This document shows, piece after piece, positions 24,900 through 37,969 of a DNA stretch of 64,000 nucleotides (its first letter is position 1; every line of letters begins with the position of its first letter). Where the stretch lies: contig NC_043004.1 of NCBI RefSeq assembly GCF_006345805.1, forward strand, positions 9,300,001 to 9,364,000. Reading direction: 5' to 3'. The stretch comes from Octopus sinensis (Eukaryota). A program made the translations under genes and the position numbers. The notes below the pieces were generated by a model, which searched no databases, was not told the origin of the DNA, and saw only the letters and a program-made list of their open reading frames with translations.

Positions 24900-26500
24900 C
24901 AAATATTTTTCGATAACGCCGCCAGAAGTATACAGAGGCCAGACATGAACCTGCAGTTTAGGGAAAAAAAGTTTAAAAGAGACTCGAGAAGGCTGCAAAC
25001 CGTGTAACTCCCCCACAAAGACCACCACCACAAATACTACCACCGCCGCTCCAATATGCAGCGTGAGCGATGATACTAACGACGCCAGCTGCAGTAGCTA
25101 TGAAAACACGGTAAAAATATTTCTTTTGCCAAAATCAAAAGACAAAAAGCATAAACATATCGTAGAGGCGGGGAAATACAGGCAAGAACGGCATTTGTTA
25201 CGCTCAATATGCCCCAGGACCTTGTAGACCAAACAGGAAGGAAAGCAATTCTGCATACTTGCTTATCGACTAAAATACACAAATTAGAGCGAATACCTTC
25301 AGACTAAGCTGAACTATGCTTAAGGAAAATATAGAAAATATGAACTTTGTGGGATGCGCACAACCGACAAATTTTCCACACGGAAATCCTAAACTAGAAG
25401 TACTCTGCCGTCACGCAAAGAAATGAATATTTCTCATTGACACTGATTTACTCGCGATCTTAAACATACCACCAAAACCAGACTTCAAGTGAGAGATGAA
25501 ATGTGTTTATCGGGAACCTTAGAATGCTGAAAATAAAAAAAAATGTTGCAAAGAAAATTAGACTGGGAGGAGATCGGAGATGTTGATTCAGGTGAAACCT
25601 GAGACACCAGAGAAAATCTAATAGAGATCCCTAGGAAAGCAGCAACTGCAGGTGGTAGAGGAAGTGAGAAGGCATCGGTGCCACAGATGTGGCAGCATTA
25701 ATCATCCCAAAGCTTTGTACCCCCAAACAACAACAAAATTTTCAACTGAAAGAAGGCTCCTACAACTACCAACAACTTAAAATCAACAACAATAGCGACA
25801 TCTAGCAGCAGCAGCAGCAGCCACAGCAGAAACATCTGCAGCAACTGCAACAGCAGCATTCAATCGCAGCAAAAGCGATTACAGCTCCAGCTATAAGACT
25901 GGAAATAGTGCGTACAGCAACAAAACAACAAAAGAGGTACTACCCGCAACAGCAACTGAAAGTCCCAATCAAGAGAAGACAGTGGCCACCCTCTTTGCTT
26001 GGGACGTCACAGATATGTCGTGTGATGGGGAGGGGCATTTAGGAGCTTAAATAGTAAAAAAAAGGTATTAATGCAATAAAAAGAAAAAAATGAAAAACAT
26101 GCAATAAAAAATTCGTAGATACGGACACATGTGAGAGATGCCTTTAGGCAACAATCTACCCGCACCACCCCAACAGCAGCTACACCAGAACTATCAACAC
26201 CATAATCCCCATCACCACCGCCTCCATTATCACAAGCGTAACCTGAATCCCTCCCCCCTCACACACCCAGATCACATACTCCAGCACGGACAAATATGCA
26301 GCAACATTAATTAGACGGTAATTGAACACAAGGAAGAGAAGACGTAACAGATCGCATAGAGCAAAATGCAGAATCATAGGTATTAATTACATGAAATAAA
26401 CATGTAGCAAACAGCACGCATGAAATCTTGCAAATATCACAAAATGCCTGCAATATCTTAAGAGATAAATACGCCAAAAGAGCAGGAGACTTTCGGAGGG
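24900..26500 (+). mobile_element. Possible degraded LINE ORF1 region with CCHC knuckle
   Basis: CHRCGSINHPKALY at 25679-25720 (Cx2Cx4Hx4C with the last Cys as Tyr) followed by CAG/CAA-rich sequence; boundaries uncertain. Confidence 0.35.
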
Positions 26501-26544
26501 AATATAAACAAAAGACTATTTAAAGGACAGTTTGTGGTAAAACC

Positions 26545-26779
26545 TATTTCTTTATTACCCACAAGGGGCTAAACACAAAGAGGACAAACAAGGACAGACA
26601 AATGAATTAAGTCGATTATATCGACCCCAGTGCGTAACTGGTATTTATTTAATCGACCCCCAAAAGGATGAAAGGCAAAGTCGACTTCAGCGGAATTTGA
26701 ACTCAGAACGTAACGGCAGACGAAATAGCACTGAGCATTTCGCCCGGCGTGCTAACGACTCTGCCAACTCGCCGCCTTA
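26545..26779 (-). mobile_element. SINE family A monomer with 13-bp TSD
   Basis: TSD ttgtggtaaaacc at 26532-26544 and 26780-26792. Confidence 0.95.
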
Positions 26780-27059
26780 TTGTGGTAAAACCCTCAGTGA
26801 AACGGAGAGAGGAAGACTGTACCTCCGTCGGAATAAGGTAAATGGGCTTTCTCATCTTTGACTTTTATCGAGTATGGCCTTACTCAGAACAGACAGTGTA
26901 AATGCACGTGACCTAGTGATGTGATCACCTTGGAGTCAGGGCCACATAATGACCTCACGTCACTAGTTGTAGCTGTGTTGCTCATCAGCAAAATCAGGGT
27001 TTCCTTGAAGTGCATTTTAGTTTCTTTGATTTTGGTGGAAACAGGTTCTACTTGTTTTC

Positions 27060-27790
27060 AAGTTAACAGGTTTTGGAAGGCAAAATGATATTTTGTTTTG
27101 GAAGGCTCTCGATTTAGAACCACCAGTCTATTAAACAACATCATTCTTATCTCACAAAATGGTAAAGTGAGCCACATCTCCAAAATTAATGACTTGAATA
27201 AGTTTGCCAAAGACAACAACCGGGAGATGGAGCTAACCAACATTATGAAAAACCTCAGCGACGGCATCAAAATGGAGTTTGGAATCGACAAGTGTGCCAA
27301 AGTCACCTCCAAGGAAGAATATCTAAAACTGCAAATCTAAACCTCGAAATTGACAACGTGATCAAGGAATTAGATTAAGACGGAGAATAAAATTATCTCG
27401 GAGTGAATGATGGAGACGGTGTAGAACACTCAGCTATGGAGGAGATGCAAAATGTGTCCAAAAGGAGATAGTGTAGGGCATTAGAGCGATCTCCATGCGG
27501 ATAATAGATGTAGAGTTGTTAACACTCTCGCAAGATAAGTAGTGAGGTTCTGCTTCAACCTCACCAGCTCAGAGGAATCAAGAGACTGGGATTCCAAAAC
27601 AAGAAAAAACGCTAACTATAAGAAAGATGCATCACTCGAAAGTAGAAGTCGACAAGGAGGGCCTAAACAAAGTGGGGGAGAAAACTTATTACAACTTGAA
27701 CTAACTTTCAAAACTCCTCCAGCAATTGGATTGGTTGCATCCCTAACAAAGCCTAATGTCCCGCTACTCCGAATTGTAAATCATACGATC
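27060..27790 (+). mobile_element. Dong/R4-like LINE RT fragment
   Basis: KVSHISKINDLNKFAKD..SDGIKMEFGIDKCAK..YLGV..DSKTRK; degraded (Y)MDD region. Confidence 0.75.
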
Positions 27791-27803
27791 TTCTTTATAT
27801 GAA

Positions 27804-28198
27804 ACTAGCAGTATCGCCCGGCGTTGCTCGGGTTTGTAAGGGAAATAACTATACAGCATTTTTAGAGAGTTATAGCCAAAAAATAGCAAAAAAAATGCAT
27901 TAAAAATGGAAAAAATATGATCGTAATTTTTTTTAAATCGTTGACTCATCGTAGACACTTTTAGAGAGTTACTTCCCTATAAAAAAATATGCATGAAAAT
28001 GGAAAAAAATGATGGTCAATTATTTTTAAAATCGTAGACTCATCGTAGACGCGCGCTAATACCCAGAAGGGCTCGATATAAATCACGACTATAAGATACC
28101 CGGTTTTGGTTAAACTGCACCGCAAAATGTGGGAGTAGTTAGGAATCTAAATCGAAGGGGACAGACACTCACACAACTACAGTTTTATATATATAGAT
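27804..28198 (+). mobile_element. Non-autonomous Helitron/Helentron-like element with internal about 95-bp duplication
   Basis: 5' actagcagtatcgcccggcgttgctcggg; 3' gacagacactcacacaactacagttttatatatatagat; two tttttagagagtta...ctcatcgtagac units. Confidence 0.65.
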
Positions 28199-28510
28199 GA
28201 AGTCGCACAATGCGGGAAAGAATTTAATGTCCTAGAAATTCTTCCAGTAGAAAACGAAATGAATGCTATTTACACTGAGCGAATGAAGCAGAAAGGTAAA
28301 CACCATGGACAGTTTCATCAACAGAAAAAAAGTTGAGTGGAGAACATGAATGGAGCAACAGGAAATTCAAACGAGAGAAGAATCTAGTTTAAATGAACAA
28401 TATGCTCTATAACATGTATTGAGTACTCGCCTTCGTTAATCGACAAGAAGAAGCATAGCGTCTCTCAACGCCTCGTCGAGTGAATTTGGTTAACACATAC
28501 ACGTATATAC

Positions 28511-28584
<74 letters not shown>

Positions 28585-30169
28585 ACTCACACACACGTAC
28601 TCATATATAGTGCGAGATAGGCAGACACATTCAGAGTGGGGAATAAGGGAGAGACAGAAAGAGACACAAAAGGAAACGACAGAGGGTGAAGGAGACGAAG
28701 GAAAGGGTGAAAGACATAAATATAGAGTTTAATGAGTGAAAGAATAGGGTTTAAATGAAGCAAAGAATCTATGAGCAGACGGAAGACGATGCAACGAACG
28801 TTCCCTGCCCTCGACATATGTACGGAATATATTAATGCGACGACGGCGTCTGCCTCGTCAGTCAGCTTTTGTTGTTAACTGCAACATTTTTTATGGCCGT
28901 ACGTAATGAATTATTGCTTGTTTTCCGTTGCTGATTGTGTTGTTGGGTGAACGTCTCTGGTGTAACGAATGGTGGTAGGGGTGGGGGTGATGGCAATGAT
29001 TGGATGTGAGGGTTGTGATGGTAATGATAGGGGCGGCGGTGGCGGCGGTGGCGGCGAGGAGGATGGCTGAAGGTAGTGGTGGTGGTGGTTTCGGTGGTGA
29101 TATTCATTGCAGTTGTAAAACGAATAAAAGTTCAGGGTTGGTTATAATAGAGAAAAGAGAAAAACCAACCTCCTCCATTTGTATCTTATTCGACATGCTG
29201 TGTTTTTGATATTGCCTTTTATTATCTCTCATTCCATTCGTTGTTCCATAATATTTTTATATTGTCATTTTTTCAAAGACAGATGGATGTTCATCTGAGA
29301 ACCAGAGAGATTTTTCTTAAAGCAAGTGGAATTTAGCGCGATATGTAGAGCAGCGTGGCTGCGTTGCTGTGTATTCAGCGAAATAAAGTCAGAGCAAATA
29401 AAACATCCAGCCGTAATGTGTTGTATTGTCCCAGGAAATGCTCGAAAACCCGCATCATTTATCATTTGCTTTCTAGAAGTCATGGATATCCCTTTAAAAA
29501 CGCTTAGTAGTGATGGTCTGTTGTTGTATCAAGAACGATGTTGCTTCTATTGTCGCATTCAAGGTAGGTTTACAAATCCAAACCATAGGCAGCATTTTAT
29601 TTATATACGGAGCAACCATTTTGTGAAAATATGGCGATAGTATTGAAATGTGGGCCGTCAATATATATTTTTTCTGTGCTTTAGGTTTACATTTTAACTG
29701 TTCTGAAGCTAAAACAATTTCTATGAGAATTATGAGCAGCAAATATGAGCAGCAGATATGATCAATTTGAAATGTTTTATTGTAACCAATAAGGACACGT
29801 AACAGGCTTTCACGTTCGATGGAAAGAAAGAAGACAACATTAATAACACTGTGTAACAATGAAAAGAAAAGGAATTGAGAATAACCTTTTCCAGGGGCAT
29901 TTTGTGCGTAGATCACGAATATATAACATCCGTTTCGTCCTGTGACCCTCCAGCTTCTCGTAAATTACAATCTTACTTACGTTAAGTACACTGATGGTTC
30001 CATAGGAATTGAGTGCAAATAGAATTGGGCCGAAACTGACCACTCTAAAAGTTATCAAAGGATTTTGATATAGTTTTAATAGGGTGTTCCTAAGGTATTT
30101 GTCAACATAACCTATGAAAATTATAAAAGTATACTCAATATTGTTATAGTTATATGGGTCCAAATCCAT

Positions 30170-30745
30170 GGCAAATCTGAAACCAGACCTTATCACCCAA
30201 CCTGAGTTCAGTGATCTAGTTCGTGATCTAACACTTACTAAGCAACAAAGTGAAGTCCTGGCCTCGCGACTGCAACAATGGAACCTGTTGGATAAAGATG
30301 CTCACGTTACAGTATCTAGAAAGCATTCTGCAGATCTACAGCAATTTTTCACTTAGGAAAGCAACTTGACTTATTGTAATAATCTCAGAGACCTATTCAA
30401 TGCCCTTGAGCTGACCTATGAACCAAATGAGTGGAGGTTATTCTTAGATACATACCTTTACAGCATGCATTCAAAGATGTATGCAAATGACCTCTAGAAA
30501 AGCGCCAAGTGGCCCAACGAGAGAGTATAGTGGAGAGCCTAATCAAGTGCTACCAAGATTTCGGATGCAATATGTCGCTAACGATACACTTTCTTCGTTC
30601 TCATCTGTCCTTCTTCCCAGAGAATGCAGGTGATGTGAGTGATGAACAGGGAATTAGGTTCCACCAAGATATAGCGTCAATGAAAAATAAGAATAAAGGA
30701 AATGGGCGCCAGCTATGCTGGCTGACTACTGCTGGAACCTGAAGC
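30170..30745 (+). mobile_element. DNA transposase remnant, Chapaev/CMC-like
   Basis: PDLITQPEFSDLVRDLTLTKQQSEVLASRLQQWNLL..EPNEWRLFLD, then after a deletion GCNMSLTIHFLRSHLSFFPEN..VSDEQGIRFHQDI. Superfamily assignment is from memory of these motifs. Confidence 0.65.
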
Positions 30746-31749
30746 ATGACACACCTGAGATGCCTTATAAACGAAGAAGTAAATACTAAAATGTAGGTCA
30801 ATACATTATATAATGCTAACAAACCTGCCGATTCATTAGATATTTATGAATTAATTACAATGGACATATTTAACCTGACTTTGGGAGCAAAATGAATTTA
30901 TGGTATCGTGGAAATTAGTATAAATTGCAGAGTTATTAAGTCGGTAATTTACATGAAAATGTGACGTGATGGAAATTTTTGTTTTTTGAATTTAGCACAA
31001 TCAACTTCATAATTAAATGTACATGAGAACTATGTTTTTTCTTGACCCTAAAATTTGTTGTATAGTGTAATAACTCATTTACATTGATCCTCCTTGATGG
31101 TCGTATGTCGCCGAGTTTCTTTTTAGGTGTGTAGTATATGGTATTATTTATGAATAGATTTATCGTTTTACATCTCACTAAATTAAGTTCAGCTCTGAGT
31201 CGCTCCAGTCTAATACCACAAACCTATTTGTTACATACATTGCAAATCTGTTGCTCGTACTCCAAATATATTGATAACGTTCATGCAAAAGAGATCGGTT
31301 TTCATATTTTTAAAACCAATCAAAATTTATTTCATGATTTATCGGACATCTCTCACTCAAATATTTCTCCTTGCATGTCTACCCAAAATCTTTGTAGGAT
31401 GCAAAATTGCATATCTACCTTCGTTGCAGTTTCCAATTCTATTCTCCACGACCACGATTTCTTCACAATTTCTCGCATTTCTCCAGTCTAATGTACAACA
31501 TTCAGGGAGCTCAAAAGCTGAGGAGCGGTTTTAATATACAACGTTCGGCCATTCCTTAAAAGAAAATGGTGCACGAGTCTGGTCGTCACTTCCACCATCA
31601 AAGTCAGTTTTTTTTTTGTTAACCAACTTAAAATTAAGAAACAGCAGATAAAATAGAAACCAAAAACATTACCTAATCAATAAGTAAGTGTTGAACTCAC
31701 AATCAGGGTGTTGTTGCAGATCGCCAAGCTGTCCGTCATATTTTTGTTT

Positions 31750-31900
31750 TCTTTTGGTGGGGGGGATTTAATGAGGTTCACCATGGCCAAACCGAAATAT
31801 TTTAGAATTTTGAGGTGCCAGACATGTATGACTGAATCAAGTTTTCGTGTAACTGATCCAGGCACATAGAAGTCTCTCTTTACACACCTTGTCTTCATCC
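31750..31900 (-). mobile_element. Short Dong/R4-like RT fragment
   Basis: Across a frameshift: LLCAWISYTK..DSVIHVWHLKILKYFG, resembling AWIDYKKAYDSVPHSWI. Confidence 0.4.
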
Positions 31901-32085
31901 ATTACAATTTGTTAAGAAGGAATTAGTCGATTGCCCCGCAAATCTTGTTTCTTCGCCCCATTTTGATCCGTTTCGGTTTTTGTCTCTTTTTTTTAATAAA
32001 TGTTTGATTACCGCGTTAAACAGTATTTTGATGAACAGCTTATAAATGGTAGCAACAAGCGATGGGAGTGTTAGATCGACTCTCT

Positions 32086-32498
32086 CTCTTTTACTCTTTT
32101 ACTTGTTTCAGTCATTTGACTGCGGCCATGCTGGAGCACCGCCTTTAATCGAGCAACTCGATCCCGGGACTTATTCTTTTGTAAGCCCAGTACTTATTCT
32201 ATCGGTCTTTTGCCGAACCGCTAAGTAACGGGGACATAAACACACCAGCATCGGTTGTCAAGCAATGCTAGGGGGACAAACACAGACACACAAACACACA
32301 TGTACACACATATATATATATATATATATACATATATACGGCAGGCTTCTTTCAGTTTCCGTCTACCAAATCCACTCACAAGGCATTGGTCGGCCCGGGG
32401 CTATAGCAGAAGACACTTGCCCAAGATGCCACGCTGTGAGACTGAACCCGGAACCATGTGGTTGGTTAGAAAGCTACTTACCACACAGCCACTCCTGC
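32086..32498 (-). mobile_element. SINE family B
   Basis: Reverse complement of family B including head gcaggagtggctgtgtggtaag. Confidence 0.93.
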
Positions 32499-32614
32499 GA
32501 CTGTTGGTAATTTCTTGAGAATCTGCCATGTCCACAGGTAAGGAATCATTCGGGAACTCAGACAGAATTATCTAAGCGCAGTGTTGAAGGTGGATGTTAT
32601 CAAATGATAAACTA

Positions 32615-32662
<48 letters not shown>

Positions 32663-32682
32663 CGTATGTATGTGTGTATATA

Positions 32683-32762
32683 CAAAAACTGTCAGCTGAA
32701 CGGGAACGTGAAACTGAGTAACAGCTTTTGTTATATTTCTGCTGCTTTTAAATAAAGCATAT
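32683..32762 (+). mobile_element. PLE family 2 tail fragment with decayed hammerhead-like motif
   Basis: ctgtcagctgaacgggaacgtgaaactgagtaacag (32689-32724) matches 10946-10983. Confidence 0.65.
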
Positions 32763-32778
32763 ACATACATATATACAT

Positions 32779-32844
<66 letters not shown>

Positions 32845-32847
<3 letters not shown>

Positions 32848-32957
32848 GGTTATCTGCTCCTTATGCAGAATTTGACCACCTCCTGCACCTACACCTTAGA
32901 ACCATCATGCCATCTGATGGGGCTTTTTAAAACAGGCAATGCTTTGAAATGACTCCC
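32845..32957 (-). mobile_element. 3' terminal fragment of the 11.5-kb RTE family
   Basis: ccttagaaccatcatgccatctgatg shared with 11528-11640; both end in (TA)n. Confidence 0.8.
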
Positions 32958-33769
32958 TTATATATATATATATTTTTATATATAATATATACAAACACAT
33001 ATATACATACATACATACATACATATATATGTGTGTGTGTGTGTTTGTTTCTGTATGTTTTCGTGCGTGTGTGTGCATTTAAGATTGCATATATAGCCCC
33101 AACTGTTCTTATAATTAAACAAAAATAACATGAACGGATCTCCAGCCACGACTATCCTGTTTTGCTGCCTAGCCTCTATATAATTACATTATCCAATGCC
33201 TCCATTTTATTTTGAGTCACGAATATGTAATCTGAGATAGATTTGGGTTGTTATTTCTAGCAGGCATAGAGCCACCGCTGCCTCCACTATTGGTTCGCTG
33301 CTGTTATTGTAGTTTTCATGGCTGTTCTGTTACATTGTCATTTGTTTTCAGATAACCGTCAATATGCAAAGCCGACCACGTCTCGTCTTTTTCAACGGGT
33401 CGTACACACACCCTCTCTCTCTCAATCAATAAAGCCGCACATAAATACGTCTTTAACTGCTGTACGCTCCACTTGTCAAACGTCTACGAGTTCATAGATT
33501 ATGTGGATGATGCGAAGAGGGTGAGGAACCCTAAGGAATTATAGAGGAAGAGGTGCTCAACTCAGGCAGAAGCCATATTGTTAATAACATTATGAATATT
33601 AAGAGATCTCCTCGGCTTTGTTTTGTCTTCGTATCTCTACTTCTTTCCTTTTCTTTTCTTTTTGTTTTTGGTTTTGTTTTCACTTCAATAGTTACCTACA
33701 GAACGTATCAATCGACTGATACAATATTTATACACTTTCTTTATACATACAAGCATGTACAAACACACT

Positions 33770-33802
<33 letters not shown>

Positions 33803-33806
<4 letters not shown>

Positions 33807-34129
33807 ATACACACATACATATGTATTGATATGTAGATAAATATATTATTACACATATACACACACACGTGTGAGCATATGCGCATATATGTGTATGAGT
33901 GTATGTGTGTGTGTATATATATATATATATACATACACACACACACACACAACACACACACACACACACACACACACCACACACACACACACACGTATAC
34001 ACACATACATATGTATTGATATGTAGATAAATATATTATTACACATATACACACACACGTGTGAGCATATGCGCATATATGTGTATGAGTGTATGTGTGT
34101 GTGTATATATATATATATATACATACACA

Positions 34130-34168
<39 letters not shown>

Positions 34169-34170
34169 CA
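33803..34170. repeat. Tandem duplication, period 190 bp
   Basis: acgtatacacacatacatatgtattgatatgtagataaa... identical at 33803 and 33993. Confidence 0.9.
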
Positions 34171-34268
34171 CACACACACACATATATATATATATAAATA
34201 TATATACAGACACATACATATGTATATACATGTACATATATACTGCATACATATAAATTGATGTCTGC

Positions 34269-34324
<56 letters not shown>

Positions 34325-34498
34325 GAGAGAGAGAGAAAGAGTAGTGGTACAACAAAGCACCAATGTCTACTGGAAATAGCAGTCGATACATACATATAAC
34401 ATATATATGTGTGTTTGTGTGTGTATATGTATATGTATAATATATATATATATATATATATATGCATGTACATATACACATACTATGTATATTATATG

Positions 34499-34562
<64 letters not shown>

Positions 34563-34984
34563 GTATGTATGTATGTATGTATATATATCTCTGTGTGTGT
34601 GTTTATGTGTTTGTGCGTATATATGTACACCAACATACATATACACATGCACGCACATAAACCATAAACGTTATCTAAATACATATTTGAGATTTTTCAA
34701 AGCATTTCACAGACCTCCCCCCCCCCCACCTCTCTAATTACACATCTCACTCATTTTATTCTGCTCCCTCTCAAATTTTGTTTTCTCGCGTTAAAAACTT
34801 TTTTTATTGTGTGTTCATTAATTCCAAGCATGTTATTCATAGAATTGGGATTAATTTTTATTGCAATCATCGAATTAATGATTGAATTCTTGCTATATAC
34901 TGGCCATTAACTGAATTGCCTGATCTGCGAGTAATACGAGGCTGGTGAATTTTCTGGGAACCGTGCACCGCTTCTTAGTGCGAC

Positions 34985-35163
34985 TATTTACTCTCAGCCG
35001 AGCTCATCGCGGAGTATCAAGCTAACAGCGGAACTCGAAGCGATCCAACGCTGCTACACTAACAACACTGCCACAGCGCAGCAGATGAATGACAAGGAGA
35101 GGCTGAAAAATCTACGACTTTACCTCCTGAAGAGAAGACGCGAGAGATAATAATCTACATACG
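34985..35163 (+). mobile_element. CR1-like LINE fragment
   Basis: KLTAELEAIQRCYT..ERLKNLRLYLLKRRRER. Confidence 0.7.
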
Positions 35164-35169
35164 GTAGGG

Positions 35170-36385
35170 CTAGTACTTAACTTGGTATCAAGAGATATAC
35201 AAATGTCCGTATTGGATGCCATTGTGTAGTACCATAGGCACCGTACACGCAATCGAAAGTTCTTCTAGGATTTTCCGGATGTATATTACAGCATATCTTT
35301 CCTGTCTTCACTCCAGGGAGTAGAATCTTAACTCTTTCAGTCTCTCCCAGTAGCTGGTAAATCGCATTGCGTCGATCTTCTTTGCGTAGCTTCGCTGAAT
35401 CGCTTCGAGTTGCGTCGTTAATTTTACACTGTTTGGTGACCACAGTTGGGAACAGTAATCCAGACGGTTGAGAATGGAAGTCCTCCAGGGAACCATCATA
35501 GTTCCTTTTCTCTTGTTTTGAAAGTTCGAAGGATCCATACGGCCAGACGTCTGCATTTTATTGCCAACTAAGTAATGTGCACCTGGAAAGATGCATCAGT
35601 TCTCATGTCGACATGATTTCTATATCTTAGAAAGTCATTCTCTAAGTTTTCCAACTATGCCAAGATTACGCAGCTTGTGACAAATCCTACCATGGTCGAC
35701 TTGTCATAGACTTTTGCAAAGTCAGGATATATCACGTCAGCATTTGAGTTGTTGAACAGCTGCTTTAGCACCTAAAGGCTGCAAGAGCTGTGTCGAGCAG
35801 CCTCTACCTGGTCGGAAACCATGCTGGATGTCTCTTCAAGGAATACAATTAATTTCTTTCGGACTATTCGTTCCATGACTTTGTAAGGACTCGTTTGAAT
35901 GACCTGAGAAGGATTGCTGGGAATCCATCAGCAGCTGAGTTCGCATCTATATCATCGATTGCTAGCATTACATCCTTGTCTTCTATGTTGATGCAATCGA
36001 TTATCACTTGCCCCCTGTTGAGCTTCTGTAGCGTAAACAATTCTGCAGGTTTGCCAACTTGCATGAGCCGCAGGGGTGGGGTGAAAACACTTTTGAATTG
36101 TTCATTCAGTATTTCCCAAACCCTCATTGGGTTTCCCGTGAGGAAGCCATCTTTTTGGAGGAGTGGACCTACCCTGCTCAGAGGCAGTCTCCTTGGCTTA
36201 TTTGAAAAGGGCTTTAGGGTCTGATTTTAGATTTCTTATTACTCAAGCTTCTCTGTCTGATCTTTCCTTCTAATGGGAGTGCTTCAGTTATTTCTCAATC
36301 TCCACCAGTGCTGTTTCCAGGTGCGGTTTCTCACTGCCGTTGACTTGTCTGTTGAGGCGATTTGCAATCTGTACGGCGTCTCATA
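35170..36385 (-). mobile_element. CR1-like LINE RT, internally deleted
   Basis: ILNEQFKSVFT; DGFPAILL; HGFRPGR; DFAKVYDKVDH; LDYCSQLWSP..LEAIQRSY..YWERLKELRFYSLE. Confidence 0.85.
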
Positions 36386-36913
36386 AAACTACATACACGT
36401 CAGCAACAAAAAAGCTAGCTGCGGACTCATAGCTGTATATATTTGCTGGTTACTCAGACGCGAGAACCAAGAAAAAAAAAGCGTGTAATATGTAACACAG
36501 GCAGTAAACAAAAAATAAAATAGAACAGTGGTGACATTTAGTAGAGATGACCCGGAAGTTGTTCCGCTTCGATTACTATCGCATACAGCAGTAGCTTTCA
36601 ACAACTGAATATGTCATTGATTGGCTAAAGTTACCCAAATACGACAAATTTAACAAGAAATAACTTCTAAAATACGAAATTTTGCCAAAAATGTTCAAAG
36701 TATACCGTGTTCTGCGTGAGAAATTCCACCAGTATACAAAATTTCAAACTGTTTGGTTAAAAAAACAAATTAAAATGTCTGACCCAAATTGAACAGATCC
36801 CAGAATTTAATATTTAAATATATATGAGCATATCTAGATATGCAACTATATGCATGAAAATACATACATAAAAAAAAACCATACAAATCTGCACCGATAC
36901 ATACTTACATATT

Positions 36914-37180
36914 TACAAAAATACCCTATTGTTGATGTTGAAATTCCAATGAAGGAGCCTTGGATCTAGGTTAGAAACCGGCTCTTTCTCTGGTGGCAAG
37001 AAATCTTCAAATAAAATTGAACAATGACATACATACATACATACATACATACATACATACATACATACATACAAAAATACCCTGTTGGTGTTGAAATTCC
37101 AGTGAAGGAGCCTTGGATCTAGGTTAGAAACCGGCTCTTTCTCTATTAGCAAGAAACCTTGAAATAAAACTGAATAACGA
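36914..37180 (+). repeat. Two direct copies of a 110-bp unit separated by (CATA)n
   Basis: tacaaaaatacc...gaaggagccttggatctaggttagaaaccggctctttctct at 36914 and 37070. Confidence 0.9.
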
Positions 37181-37834
37181 CCCACATATATACATAGATA
37201 AGTTTAAAACACTTAAGAATATATACGTCGGAGGCTCGTGTATGTTTGCGCTCTTGTCTGTGTGCCTATGTGCACGTCGGCGCCCATGAGTGCGTTTATA
37301 TGTGAATGAGTGTGTGTGTATGTGTGTTATTAAATTTCAATTGTGCACCAATTCTACAGATGTTAAAAATACATCTGTAGAGCCAAGCTGGACGGGGCCG
37401 GGCTGGGGCAAGCCAGCCATTAAGAAAACCCTCGTGCTACGGTCTTTAATAAGCCGGCAAGTTAATCAGTACATAGGAACCGTTCAGGGGTTCGAGTGAG
37501 GGGGTTGCCAAGACATAAATCAAATCTGAAATTCAAATTAGTCACGGACGATTGCGCAGTCCATTTACAGCGTATTACACAGGTGCTTTCATTTATTTAT
37601 TTAACTTTGTTCTTTTTTTGTTCACTACATGCCTTATGTTGTAGTTGTGGCTGCACCATCTTCTTAACCATGTGTATCCTCCTCCTCCTCCTCCTCCTTG
37701 TCTACCAATCCTACCATTTATATCTGAAGTTACATGCTTGTATAAGCATACTTATGTATATTTATGTGTGTGTGCGTGAGAAAGATAGTGTGAGAGGGAG
37801 GGAGAGAGAGAAACGTTGAAAGAGAGAGATATTG

Positions 37835-37925
37835 GTTTCAAATTTTGGCACAAGGCCAGCAGTTTTGTGGGAGGCGGGGCGAGGTGATTACATCGACCTC
37901 ACTATACACCTGGTACATCTCTGCG
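37835..37925 (-). mobile_element. Old SINE family A 3' fragment
   Basis: ggcacaaggcc...gattacatcgacc..ctggtac matches the alternative tail at 60885-60960. Confidence 0.5.
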
Positions 37926-37969
37926 TTTAATAGTTTAAAATCTGGACCAGATCAATCCGTTCTTCCATC

